From assembly GCA_047967505.1 (NCBI GenBank), contig CM106538.1: 64,000 nucleotides of DNA. One strand, written 5' to 3'. Positions 13,843 through 26,996 of the stretch are shown here, piece by piece (the stretch's first letter is position 1; each line of letters opens with the position of its first letter). The stretch comes from Dipteris shenzhenensis. Lineage: Eukaryota. The notes under the pieces were generated by a model that was not told the origin of the DNA, did not search any database, and worked only from the letters and a program-made list of their open reading frames with translations. Position numbers and translations under genes: made by a program.

Positions 13843-15024
13843 CCATTTTTTTATAAAAAGTAAAAACTTAGTGCTTTATATTACAAGATAGCAATCCCAT
13901 TAAAAAACTAGTAAGCTAAAAGATTACATCAAGAGCAAAACTCCATAGGATAAATATACATCATGATCTATGCAGTGAGTTTGCAGACAATCAAAAAACG
14001 ATTGCTACAAAGAACGACGGAGAAAAAAAAAGTTGAAAAAGCTGGATCACCAAAGACTTTATGGTTTCTATATTTCTAGAGAGTCTAGAGTGCCCAATAG
14101 TGAACCTAGGTAAAGAACAAATCAAAATGCAACCATTGAGGATAGATCCCAAACAGCCAGAAAAGCTTGCCAAAAGAAGCCTAAGGAAATATTAGTCTTA
14201 GACTCTACCAAAGGATGCTCAAGATATGAGATACAGAAGATAACCTCAGAGCTAACACCTATGGCAAATAGCTAGAGCAATACGTCTACATGATTAAAGT
14301 TGTCCAAATGGAACAACCCCCAATAGAACACGCCATAGAAAAACCTATTGTCATAGAGATACCTTGGAGTGCCAAATCTATTTCAATCTTTTTGTCCATC
14401 ATTTGGAGGATGCAAACACAAATTTTGATTAGCCCTATTTGATGCCCAGGGTGGAGACGGCAAAACTTTATATAAAGAGGAGACTGTTATATGAGATAGC
14501 TTCAAAGGACAAATGGACGAGTGTACTGGAAGAAGAGTCCAATTCTAAAGCCTGTCTTGAAGCTCTAAGGGCAGCAGTGGCTGAAATGGTTGAAGCATCC
14601 GAGTAATGACATGCCTTACAGGACGATAGAGCATTCCCAAACCATATTTTCCAGTAGCCAAAGGAAAGGACAAAAGAGTGCCATCGTCATGAATGACATC
14701 TGCCATAGAGGAATCCCTTTTGAATTAAGAAAATACGAGTGTCTGAACTCATGTAAAGCCAATGGCTGAGAAAAAACCCTTGACCAGTGGAGGCTCTCAG
14801 CTCTCAAAGAGTTACCCTTCAAGGAATCCTAGCCATGCCAAGCCAGATGTGAGAGAATATGTTTCCAATCCAAAAACAATTAACAATAGGGCAACCTTGA
14901 CCTTGCCTTCAATACTACCCAATAGAAAATCCCGCTGATTGGGTTGCAAATAGCCAAAAGTAGGAGTAGTAAGTTGAAGAAGCAAGTAGCACATAATTGT
15001 AGCCCAAGGATGATCACCATGTAG

Positions 15025-15069
<45 letters not shown>

Positions 15070-15115
15070 TTTTGATTAGTAAATGTATCTCACACACACA
15101 GACATGTATTTCTTT

Positions 15116-15146
<31 letters not shown>

Positions 15147-15253
15147 TACTACCCCAACTATGAATTATTCTTTTATGTCCCCCTTGTGAAATCTCCCCTT
15201 TACACTCTCTTTTAAACCACCCCATACACTAAGCCCACTAATCGACACATATC

Positions 15254-16209
15254 CCCTCTAATCCCTTCTCAACCCATGCATTCATTCGCTACTTCTCCTT
15301 ACTCCACGTGTGACTTAAACTTCATTTGTCACTTAAACTTTTTTTAATTATCTAAGAATCCGTATGGTTGTCTATATTCCTAGATAAAGCGATAACAAGC
15401 CGGGGAAAACATGCATTACTTGTCTATCCAAATGTAACTATGATGTTCTAACACTTACTTTGTTTGGATGATAGCAGGTAAGTGGACCCCGACCTGGGAA
15501 CCTGGACTGCCTCAGGATTTGACATCTTTTTTCAATATTATGTTTGTCAAACTCAATATTATTAAAAATTCTTAATTTTGGTCAATTTTTTTGCAAACTC
15601 TAGTTGTTGCATTTTTCAACTTAGATGTATCAAACATTTTTTCCTTATATGTTTTTTTACTTTTTATCCACCCCTCGAAGATAGATCCTAGCCTGCAAAG
15701 AAGCTTGAGTAAATCTGATTCTTAGTCTTTACCGAAGGATGCCCAAGAAGCTCTGTGTCAAAACATACGAGACAGATTCCCTCATAGCTAAACACCGACG
15801 ATAGAATACCTCCTCTAATCCCTTCTCAACTCATGCATTCATTTGCTCCTTACTCCATGTGTGACTTAAACTTTGTTTAAATTATCTAAGAATCCATATG
15901 GTTGTCTATATTCCTAGATAAAGTGATAACAAACTGGGGAAAACATGCATTACCTATCTATCCAAATGTAACTATGACGTTCTAACACCTACTTTGTTTG
16001 GATGGTGGCAGGTACGTGGACACAGACCTTGAAACTTGGACTGCCTTAGGATTTGACATCTTTTTTCAATATTATGTTTGTCAAACTCAATATTATTAAA
16101 AATTCTTAAATTTGGTCAATTTTTTTGCAAACTCTAGTTGTTGAATTTTCCAACTTAGATGTCTCAAACATTTCTTCCTTATATGTTTCCCTTTTTTACT
16201 TTTTATCCA
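15254..16209. repeat. About 410-bp direct repeat pair (15254-15670 and 15812-16209)
   Basis: Both copies run CCTCTAATCCCTTCTCAAC...TTTTTATCCA with high identity, separated by about 140 bp. Confidence 0.9.
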
Positions 16210-17899
16210 ATTGATGGAATTAATTGTACTAAAGAGCTAGCCTGAAGCACCATAACTATAGCTCCAAGGGAATGAAATACAGCTGGCAAAAACTTTCCCG
16301 AATGAACAAATGTTAAAAAGTTGTAGATAGAGGTTAAAAGGAAGGGCAACAAGCTTAAGTCCTAGAGGGGTAGGACACATGGATGCATGTAAACAGGGTT
16401 TTGGAGCTCTCAACTTCCACGTCCTTTTGAAGTCATTGTTACGGCTTGCCTTCAGAAAAAATAGACATCCTCAGGGCTGATGTAATGGGGTGAGGATTGG
16501 TGGATGAATGGGTAGCCATTCATTAATCACAAGATGCAAGGCCAACTTGATACCATTTGGAGGTTTGTCCATCTCATGTGCATGCATCACCAAGAAAGGA
16601 AAGAGAAGAAGAAATACAAGAAGGAGAGAGAGTGAGAGAGAGAGTTTGTGAGGTTGTGAGTATGAGTGTGAATGATATTGTGAATGTGAGTGTGTTTGAG
16701 TGCAGTAGCACCCAGCTCGGGTCTTTTTTCATACTTAATAGAAGTATTTTTATGAAAAAGAAGAAAGGGTCAACCTCTAGCTCTCATTGACATGTAATGA
16801 AAGCAATACCCTTGATATTTGCAACAAGGATTGGGTCCAATGGACCTTGTGTTGTGTCTCATGTTCATGATTTCATTCATTATTTTTTCCCTCTAAAAGA
16901 CAAGACCATTAAAACTAAGACAATAAGATATGTTAAAATGCAAATCCATTAGGACATCGACTAACAAAAGGAGCTTTTATTTTTAACTTTAATAAATCCA
17001 ATTTGCACAAGTATGTCCCCAAGATGTTGAAAAAATAGAAATTCCTATTAATTAGTTGTGTAGAAAAGAAGAGGGGTAAAAAGGGAGATTGCAAGGCCAT
17101 GATTAAACTAAGGGATAAAGGGGGGAGGCAAGGAGTATCAATTAAAGAATATTGGAGGTGAAGAAGGACCTACGGAGGTGAGATTGGGGAGGGACCACTC
17201 ATGAAACCTTAAAGAGGAAGGGAAATGGATTATAATATTATATTTATATTTAGGGATGCTATCTTTAACTTATTAACCATGCACAAGGGAAAGAAAAAGG
17301 GAGGATTGAGGAGAGAGGAGTTGCCCACATGTCAACATTTAATGATTGAACTATTGAATGACGATGAACGATCTGCATTTGATAATTCTATGATTGATGA
17401 TCAACATTTGGCATTTTGATGTTTGCATTACAAGCCTCCACCAATACCTACATCACTGAAACACAGATCGAGTGTTAGGCCGAGAAGTTCATCCATTTCG
17501 TTCAATTGATATTGGGATGCACTAGTTTTTGGATAAAATTTAAGAAAAACCCAATCTTCAAAGCACATATGAAAACATAAAAACAAGCATTTTTTTATAT
17601 ATTTTTAAAGGAGATGAAACTAAAATTATAAAATTTAATGTAGCCTAGATAAGTTACACAAAAAAATAAGATTCAGCAGTTGTAAACTCTCTTAATATTT
17701 ATAATGGTATTAATAGACACCTTCAAAAGTTACAGTATTAAGGAAACCAACATTAAAGCCTAGCTTTTGCCAAAATCGTGGTAGACAACAGTACTACAGA
17801 TACACAGCTTGGTTTTCCCAAGAACGACACTCTGAAAATAGGCTCCACGCAAGAGGAAATACATCCATATCCATGAGGATTGGTGCAAAGAGCACCTAC

Positions 17900-20800
17900 A
17901 ATTGTTGTGGTTGGGTGATGGTTGGAATAGCAAATGGAGAGAGAGGATGCGAGGGGTGTACAAGTAGAATCATGGAGGAAGTTGATGTCAAGAGACTACA
18001 AGCAAATGTGCAACAATAGATCGCTTGAACTATGCTTGCATCTCATCTTGCATATTCTCTTGCAAAAATAAATCTCTTGCACTAAAATAATAAGAGGGAA
18101 GAAGCATGGGTGATGGATTGATGAAGCTTGGATACGTGTCTCAATTTTACATAAATGTTATGAGCAGTGATTGAAAAGCAACAATGACATTCTGCATTAA
18201 CAGGAAGGGCACATGAGGGAGGGGAGGATTGAGTAGGTGGCGCATGGTGGGGTGGGGGATACAGGGGGAAGAGGGGAGGGGTTTCTCCTTCATGGCAAGT
18301 GCCAAGGAAGTGGAATTGTCTATAAAGCAGTTGGCATTTCTTAGTTTCTTCACAAGAATCTATTCTATTGCGATGGAAAGGGAGATGACCAACTATGATT
18401 AAGGCATTGGATATTGGAACGATAAAATGATTCTCATTAGGCATATTCGAGGGTGCAAGTTTTTATGTCATATATGAAAATGATTCGAGGATGGTGGAGG
18501 GACAGGATGCATTGCATGGCATATAACTTCTTCTCATTTTGCTTTGAAGATTGGTGAATTGAAATATTATGTCAATCACTCGAATCAAAATATTACTGTT
18601 GATCACTCTTCTCAAAGGAGGATGTAGCTTTGAGATTGGAAGGGGTCAATCGATTTTTAAATCACTTTTAACTATTTTTGCTTGCCATCACAAGTAGAAG
18701 TAGGAGATGAATGCAAAATATTTTGAATCTTTAACTATTGGTAATGCAATTGATAATAATTGGGTGTCCATGGCAGAGAGATGAATGGGGAGGAGCCTTG
18801 ATACTGAGTGTTGGGTTGTAGAAAAGTTTGTGGAAGTTTGACTATTGAAGAAAGTTGTACACTCAAAAGAGGTAGTTTCAAAATAGATCAAAAACTTGAG
18901 CCATTATGAGATTTTTAGAAAACCGAACTCTTCTCTGATGAGTGAGCTATAGTTGGGGATCTGATTTATGGAGGTGTGACAACATTTAGCATCACTTCGA
19001 TCGAGATAAAGGGTGTATATTTGGTTTGGCAACACAACAGTGGGCACTGCAACTATCTTTGTGCACGACCTCTACTTATGTTTGATGATGCCATACTATT
19101 AAATATGGTAAATAAAGATTGACAGGACCTTCCTGGAGTTCACAAATGAATAGCTGAATAAATGTATTAAGTCTCTTTTTAAATTCAGGTGCGACGGGTC
19201 TTCTTTTTGTTGCTGTAGATGCCCAAGCAGATTGCTTGACGTGAGTTCTTCGCGCTTCTTTTGAGCTCTCTATGATGGTTGGGACATCCTCATTTGGAAC
19301 AAGTCATCGATGCCAGAATTTGTAAAAGCTTGCAAGACAAAGTCTACAAATTGACTTCTTGAAGCTCAGGATGATCTCAAGCTTCTCCATCGCTCCTTCA
19401 GAGCAAGCATACGGCAGACGGAAGCCAAAAATTCCTAGATGATTCATTGCTACTTAAAGTTGCAAAACATGCAGCAAAATTGAGAAACCATAGGCAGGTG
19501 CTTGGTGAACATGGGCTAGTCGAATCTTTGTTATAATCTATGGCGATGCACCTTTCATTAAAGTAATAGAGCTTTGAGGTAGCAGTAGTAGCAAATAGTC
19601 TCTCAAAGATGGTGCATAGAATGGAGAATTGTTGTAAAGGAGCTTTGAGGTTTCGGACGGTTGTCAGGCCTTGAAATGGAATCATCACTTGCTAGGAACC
19701 ATAGCTACCACCGTGAACTCCCCTCTCGATTCCTTCATAGAGGAGCATCATATGCATGATGACAACTACAAAATTTGCCCTTCTAGTGAGGATGGTGAGG
19801 TGGATAGAATTCTACATCCACCTTGTAGAGAAGGAGTAGAGCATTTGTGAGTCAATCATCTCTTCTTTATGCCAAAGTACTTGGGGAAACCTTCAGCGAA
19901 GAAGCTATGTGGTTGGTTGTAGTATTGTGAACAAAGAAGATTAGAGGATCTATGTTGGTCTACGATTTCATGCTGAATGGGATGCTACATGGTCACATGA
20001 TGAGCGAGCAAAAGGAGTAGGGGGGACAGGAGCTCTCCCATGGTAGATCAAGGTCAAGATTGCACTAGAAGTAGCAAGGGGAGTGGGGTGTCCCAAATCA
20101 TCAATCACAATATCAAGAGCTACCACAATATGTTCTAGATGGAGGATGGACCTCAAGAGTGCTTGATTTGGGCTTCTTACCAAAGGCGATTAAGCTCATG
20201 TGGATTGTGAACCATTAGTTATGATTTGGTGCTAGCTTTGAATTTTGGATGTCCTTATGTTGGTGTCACATGAGGCCTCAATCGCTTAGAGTGTCCCATA
20301 AAAAGAGAGAAGGTACCAAGCATAAAGCAAGTGTAATTAATGACATAGACACACCTAGATCTAAATGACATACATTGCGATGGCAAAGAATAGAACTTCG
20401 GAATAGAGTTGTGGGCACCCACTAAATCAAATTAAAGGTGAACGCAAAGCTGCCACAAATCTTGGGGCCCAAGATAACGGTCTTTAACAAAATGTAGATC
20501 ATGAGGGTGTTGAGTAGTACCATTCAAAATTGTGTGATGAGGTGAGGGTATCCAAGCTTAACATATTGGTTCATGTTATGTCGAAGTATTGAGGGAAAGT
20601 GACTCCATAGCATTAGTAAGGAGGAATCCAATGAGTTAGCATAGTGTGGATGGTAGGGAATTCTTGCAAAAGGTTGATAGTGCTTTGTTAACATGTCTTC
20701 CATTCTACATAATGGGTGACCACAAGAACAAAGAACAATGGCTTGAAGAACCAAATAGTACTAGGTGCCCAACGTGGTAAGAGGGTGTAGGGAGCTAGGA

Positions 20801-21150
20801 ATTGTGTAGGCATGGGATGTGGGTGTGATGTTAAGTTGGAAAGGGCAATCAGGAGGGGTTGTTTTGGAATTCTTTTAGTATGTAGCATCTCAATCATTCT
20901 TGAAGAGAGCAATTTGAGCAGTAATGAGCATGTTGATCGTTAGAGAAAAAAGTGGTTGTTGGATGAGAGTGATGGTTGTACATAATGGGAGGGGGGATCT
21001 GAAAGAGATAAAGCAAAGTAGAATTTTCAATGACACCAGGAAATGTCCCAAAACTTAACATATGTTTCAATGAGCTCGATACTACATTATGTGCCCTCGC
21101 ACTTAGATGAATTGAGAGAAGATTGGAACAAGTTCCTTCAATGGATGCAT
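17900..21150 (+). mobile_element. Very decayed retroelement debris, possibly Ty3/Gypsy
   Basis: Purine-rich, with only faint protease/RT-like codon remnants; no intact motif. Confidence 0.25.
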
Positions 21151-21218
21151 TAGGAAATGCATAATCTATTTCAAGGTGTCCCTAGCCTTATCATAGATGG
21201 GTCATGCTACTCGTATTA

Positions 21219-21282
21219 CTCTATAGCTTAGTGGTAGAGCTCAAGTGTGTGAAAGGAAATATTATGGGTTCTAAAATACCCT
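21219..21282 (+). other. tRNA-like remnant (possible SINE head)
   Basis: A-box-like TAGCTTAGTGGTAGAGC at 21224-21240 and degenerate B-box GGGTTCTAAAATACC at about 21266; no full cloverleaf. Confidence 0.35.
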
Positions 21283-21286
21283 CTTG

Positions 21287-21637
21287 AATTTCAAATATAA
21301 TGTAGACATAAGCTTAAAAATGTTTGTTTTGGCCCATGGAGGCTATTTAACCTATGTTTGTCCATGGTTTAATATATTTTTTGCATAGGTTAATTTTTAA
21401 TATGTTCAATAAAAAGTCTTGGAAATAGACATAGGCATCTTCATAAGGACTGCGATGTGCTCAAATGCAATTCAAATATAATGTAGACATAAACTTAAAA
21501 ATGTTTGTTTGGCCCATGGAGGCTATTTAACCTATGTTTGTCCATGGTTTAATATATATTTTCCATAGGTTAATTTTTAATATGTTCAATAAAAAGTCTT
21601 GGAAATAGATATAGGCATCTTCGTAAGGACGGCGATG
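21287..21637. repeat. About 180-bp tandem duplication upstream of the ABCA7-like gene
   Basis: Units AATT(T)CAAATATAATGTAGACATAA...GCGATG at 21287-21457 and 21469-21637, nearly identical. Confidence 0.92.
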
Positions 21638-21992
21638 AAAATGCATCGTCCCAAGCTAAGCCACGTAGCGCTTCGTTGCTCTATGCTACGCAACGTGAAG
21701 GTGGTGGGGAATGGTGATTGTTATCGCTCAGCGTGACTGTAGCCAGCCTGTAGGGATGAGAAAGGAGTGGTTGTTGACTTGTGAGGCTTCGAGGACGAGA
21801 AAGTCGAGACTTCCAAGATATGCACGTCGGGAGGTGCTTTGCTTACGCTGCAAGATCCGCCAGCTTCAGGATGACGTGGGTGATGTCGCTGTATGCACTT
21901 TTTGCAGCGCTCTTAGCTTACTTGTCCGTCGTTGTGCTCCCCTCGCCTTCTTTTCACCCTCGTCATTGCTCCCCAATCTCCTTTCCGTGGAG

Positions 21993-22109
21993 ATGGTCCG
22001 CGCTTCTTCCTCTATCACTAGCCCTCGCCAGAGCCCGCGCCCTTCCCAACAGGTCACTAGCTTCGGAACTCAGGCCAATGCTCTGCTCCGGAAAAACCTC
22101 ACATTCCAG
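21993..22109 (+). CDS. ABCA7: ABC transporter A family (ABCA7/ATH6-like), exon 1
   Basis: MVRASS..TSFGTQANALLRKNLTFQ matches the ASFxTxANALLRKNLTxQ start of ABCA3-8-type proteins; 117 bp, phase-0 CAG|GT donor; exon 2 not found in the window. Confidence 0.8.
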
Positions 22110-22479
22110 GTTTTTGCGCCTTCTTTTGCAGCGCCTTTAGCTGGCAGGACAGAAGTGCCATGAAACGATCTTTTTAATTTTAGATCTTTGGTCGATACAA
22201 TAACAATTAAAAGGAACGAATCATGTAAAAAATGATTCGTCATCTGACAGAATTGCTAAGTAATTTGAATGCCATTAGAATGACTCCAGTTGTCTTTGCT
22301 GAATTTCCTGTATGAGCAACGTAAATGAACCTCCTCACTAAGCATGATACTTTTTTATGTGTGATCCATTCGCAGTTGCCTTTAGCATCTTGCCCTCCAT
22401 TGTGGCCAAATAAACTCTGCCACTCCCAACAATCTTCGTAATGATGAAGAGGGGTTCTCATCATGCCATGCATTCTGCC

Positions 22480-23913
22480 ATACTTGTTGAGCAAAATTAG
22501 CTTACAGTGAGGCTCACACCTCAACAGTATAGCAAAGATGAGCGCAAGAATCGCACTCTCTTATGGAGATGGATAGATGCATGCTTACTAGTAAAAAGTT
22601 TCCTCACACGTTTTGGCTCAAAGGCCTCATGTGTGCAAACTATGTTTTGAATCGGGCTCCCACAAAGGCTTTGAAGACAATCACTCCCTATGAGGCATGG
22701 CATGGGAGAAAGCCTTCAGTGGATCACTTCAAAGTTTTTAATTGTGTTGCATATGCCCACGTGCCTGTGGAGTTTAGACATAAATTGTCAAATAAGACAC
22801 TTAAATGCATTTTTGTTGGGTATAGTGCACAAAGCAAAGGCTATCGTCTCTACAATCCTACTTCACGCAAGATTTTTGTTAGTACAGATGTTATATTCTC
22901 TAAAAATTCAGCACATACACATGCTGAATTTACTATTCTAGCTTCTTCAGATGATGTTTTTGAGTATACCAATTGGTTCCCCAATTGAGGTTCATGCTGA
23001 TAATCAGAATTTACAACAACCTCCTCCTAATCCACATGCCCCGATTCAGCCACAGGTTGATTTTGTACCTCCACAGGGTCTAGATGAAGTTGTTAGGCAA
23101 GAGATCCAAGAGATACATGCAGCCAAAACAGTCCCGAATTGGTTGCTACAGACTCTCAAGGAGAGTAGGCTTGAGACCCCATTACCTGGCAGAACTCGTA
23201 GTGCAGTAAGGCACAAAGGGGGGCTCTTTCAGTTGAGACAGCATATGCAGGGACTCTTCTTGATGAAGAGGGACCTAGCTCTTTTGAAGAAGCAAAGGAT
23301 AATGTGCATTGGATGCATGCCATGCACAATGAATTGTAGTCCATAGAGAAAAATCAGACTTGAGATGTTATGGATTTGCCACCAGGTAAGCATGCCATTG
23401 GTACCAAGTGGGTTTTCAAGGTAAAAAGGAAGCCAGATGGGTCTATTGACAGGTACAAGGCAAGGCTGGTTGCCAAAGGCTATGTGCAGAAGAAGAGCAT
23501 AGATTATGAGGAGACTTTTTCTCCTACATCTCGGATGACCACCATACGGTCAGTTATTGATGGCTGCAAATTTTATTTGGAATGTCCATCACTTGGACAT
23601 AAAAACAGCTTTCCTTAATGGGGACTTGGAGAAAGAGGTTTATGTCAAACTACATGACAGATTTGGGCATGTTAAATTTTTATCTAGGGATCCAATTTAT
23701 ACAAGACAAGCATGGTAGCGTTATGTCTCAATCCAAGTATGTGCAGAAACTCTTGGATAGGTTCAACATGCATGATTGTAAGCCTATAGCCACTCCCATG
23801 GAGCTGGGGCTGAAGCTTACTATGTATCAGTGGATGTCACACTTTACAGTCAAGTTGTTGGATACCTCATATACTTGTGCAATACACGGCCCGATATTCA
23901 GTATACAGTAGCT
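22480..23913 (+). mobile_element. Decayed Copia integrase-RT with internal deletions
   Basis: TPYEAWHGRKPSVDH..CIFVGYSAQSKGYRLY, IGTKWVFKVKRK..RYKARLVAKGY, MTDLGMLNFYLGI, LCNTRPDIQY. Confidence 0.9.
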
Positions 23914-26900
23914 GGGGGTTTCCATTTTCCGAGCAGAAATCCTCGAGCGGTGAGCGGCATGTCAGAGAATATGGCCAAAAACATTGTTCTTGGACCTAAA
24001 TGTAGTACATCACGTAACCAATATTATTCGAAGGAATATGTATATTTAGTATTTAATTATTCCAATGTGAGGGAGACTCTGATCGTAATATGTTTAAAAC
24101 ACATGTACCAAACTCAACAATATTACAAGATAACAAAAATATCAAAGAACCAGCAGTTAAAAATGTCAGGGAATCTTTCATTGTTATATGTTTAAAATAC
24201 ATTTACCAAACCGAGCTATATTATGAAATGACAAAAAGGTCAAAAATTACACCATGTAGACACTAACTCAGTTGCACCATTCACATAGTGATAATTTGAG
24301 GTTCAGCATATAGCCACAAAACGGCAGCGCAAAACTATAGCAGAGCGAAAGACCCATGCACACATGTCATGACCACAAAGAGTACACAAAACCACAATGC
24401 GGTGAGCAGTGCCTCGGCACAAAACGTTTTCTATCCATAGAAGACTACAGTAGCAGGTACATATGTCCACATCACGGGATTCTTGAAAGTGCATTGTAAA
24501 GCTCTTGTTTTGTCATGGATGCTTGGTGGACCTCTTTGTGATTTTCTGCATCTAGACCCAAGTACTGCAATAGTATGTAGTAGATGTGCTTGCAAGGAAT
24601 GTAACGATCCAATCTTCCAGACCTAAATAGGAAGTCTTCACAAGTGCAAGATGGAAAAACAAATATGGTCACTGTATATTGAAGCCCCCTCATGCGAGAC
24701 CCAGTTGTACCAACAATAAACTCCACGTGCTCCTTAGGCTCCACCTCCTTCACATGAAGCACCTCACATTCCATAGCCTGAATCCATCCTTGCTTGCATA
24801 TCTTTACTTATTTTTTTTCTAAAGACAACTCTCTAGCCCTCTCGAAATTCAGGCCTCGCTTGATTCTCCAAACGTTTTTTATGGCCCTGCTCAAATTTCC
24901 TTGACCCTTTTTAAAGTGGTTCTTCCAGAACAAATCCTCCTTCTATAAGAATATGCAACTCTTCCAAGCTGATATTAGTTCCTTCACAGCAACCTTCCAC
25001 TTTGCTGGCGCTGGTTCTTGCAATGCCTCAATTGCTGTTGTTGGATTCCAAGAGTGGTCCACGCTATCCCCACAGAACCAGATCATTTGTAACTTCACAC
25101 CTATCGGTGTTCTAATCCTCCCAAAAAATGAAAATGCAGGGACTCCCAAAGCTCCTTTTCTTCCCTTTGAGTCAATTAACTTGTTACACTTCTCCCCCCT
25201 TCGATGTAGATACCCTTGGCAGTGGACTTGACTCCCTGCTTGCATATGTCGAATCGCCCACTTTGTCTGATGTATTTGCACCTCTGCCACACCTTGTTCA
25301 CAACCATCAAGATTGTTATTGTCAATCACAATTGAATCTGAATGTCTTCTTCTTGGCACTGGTGTGCTAACTGTTTGATACTCAGGTCTGTGGGAGTCAT
25401 CTTTATGGATTGCAGAGGACATGGATTTTGGTCTTTTCTTCCGTACTGTTCTAATATCTCCAAGGTCAATCCCACCTTCGTGTGCCACTCCAAGTTCTGT
25501 AGCCACATCATTTGTAAGGTCAATGAAATTTCTTTTCAAATAGGATTTTTTACTCCACATAGATTCTCTTCTTCTCAGATTTTGCACTGTCGGACCTTCA
25601 CCAATATGTTTGCCTCTCATGTAGGATCCTTGTTTACTACTTTGCAAGATTGCTACAGTCATGTCAGTGATGCATGCATCATACAACGACACATACTTGA
25701 TGCCATTGTTTGTGCTCAACCAACTATCATCGATTGATTTAGACAGGTTAGTCCTAGGAACAAGGTAACGTTCTTCAACCTCCATCTCCTACACAAGAAT
25801 AAGAAATCAACTTTGGTAAGGAGGAAGCAGTGAAGCAAAATTTTAATGGATTAACAATGTTAAAATTTTCAAGTCACTCACTTTCAAAATGTATTCTCCC
25901 CAGTGGTAAACTCTTGAGTGCCACCACATGAGCCATGTCTGAATAAAGTGGATGTTGCCCTCGATTGCATGACGATTTTCAAGCCATTCACACAATGATT
26001 TGAATGCATGCATGGCAGCCTCCTTGGTTGGAGAATTCTTCCATTGTCTACATCTCATCTTGAACTCCTCTTGGTCATGAGGTGGGATGCATTTTGTAGC
26101 ATGCTTATGAAGATTATCCTCCCAATGCCACAAACAAGTGCGCTCCTTTCCCATCATCACATTCTCTGGGCCCCCATTAAAGACAATCCTAATAGCCCTC
26201 CAATTTGCCTGAGCTTCATCCCCCATGAAACCATGAAACTGTACTTTATGAAAACCCTCTTTCCCCATGACTTGGTTCAACAATTCCCAAAAATTCACCT
26301 GATTCTTTGTGTCCTCACCTTTGAAATCCCCAATGGCTATTGTTTGGAGTTCTTGAAGATGAGGGTTGTAAACATGGCAAGCCATGGTTGACCAACCTCG
26401 AATCCTCTTCACATGATCAAAGCAAACCCAGCACTACCCAAGCTCTCCATTGGGTCACATCTTGTTGACTAGGTGCACACCAGAACCAGGACCCTTTGTA
26501 GACATCTTGAAAATGTGGCATCTATTGAAGGATGAAAAAGATAACTGTCCTGGGAAAACAATACTTTGGATGTATTCGTATCTACTCTTGACTTCAATTC
26601 CAAAATACTATCAAGGCTTTGTTCACCTCCACCCTTTTGTTCATCCACATCCTTCTTCCATCTAGACACCCTACACACACGCACAAAACTGAACTCGTTA
26701 AAATCAAAGGTAGGAACTGTACATTCAAGAAGAAGAGTAATGAAAAAGTACTGAACACCTCACCTCTTATTGTCAAGCAAAGGCTCCATCTTTTTTAGCA
26801 ACGAATCCAGTTCAGTGTCAGTCAAAGGATTGGATTGATCATTGTTTGGAATGATAGCTTCCAACACCATCTCTTCCACCACCATTTTTTGCAAAGCCTT

Positions 26901-26996
26901 AGGCCTAGAAGGATGCTTACTTTCCACCATTTTAGAAACCTTTCCTTTCAACTCATCCAACTCACTCCTAGATGATCCCTCTGCCACCACATGCAT
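23914..26996 (-). mobile_element. Mutator-like (MULE) DNA transposon: spliced DDE transposase with C-terminal SWIM finger, 5'-truncated
   Basis: FDHVKRIRGW, FMGDEAQA, CLWHW (CxxH) in 25882-26430; 93-bp GT-AG intron 25881-25789 joins in frame to PRTNLSKSI; SWIM CTCEDF..PCKH (24472-24774); abrupt boundary with Copia at GGGGGTTTCC (23914). Confidence 0.75.

Noticed and set aside
21219-21282. Functional tRNA gene
   Set aside because: No acceptor or anticodon stems; only box-like motifs.
21711-21992. N-terminal extension of the ABCA7-like ORF
   Set aside because: Homology starts near the ATG at 21993; upstream looks like 5' UTR/promoter. The same applies to 9209-9262 for the ABCA2-like gene.
22340-22440. 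Nearby AG acceptor as ABCA7-like exon 2
   Set aside because: Translation does not give the expected KRN..LI..P..LC sequence.
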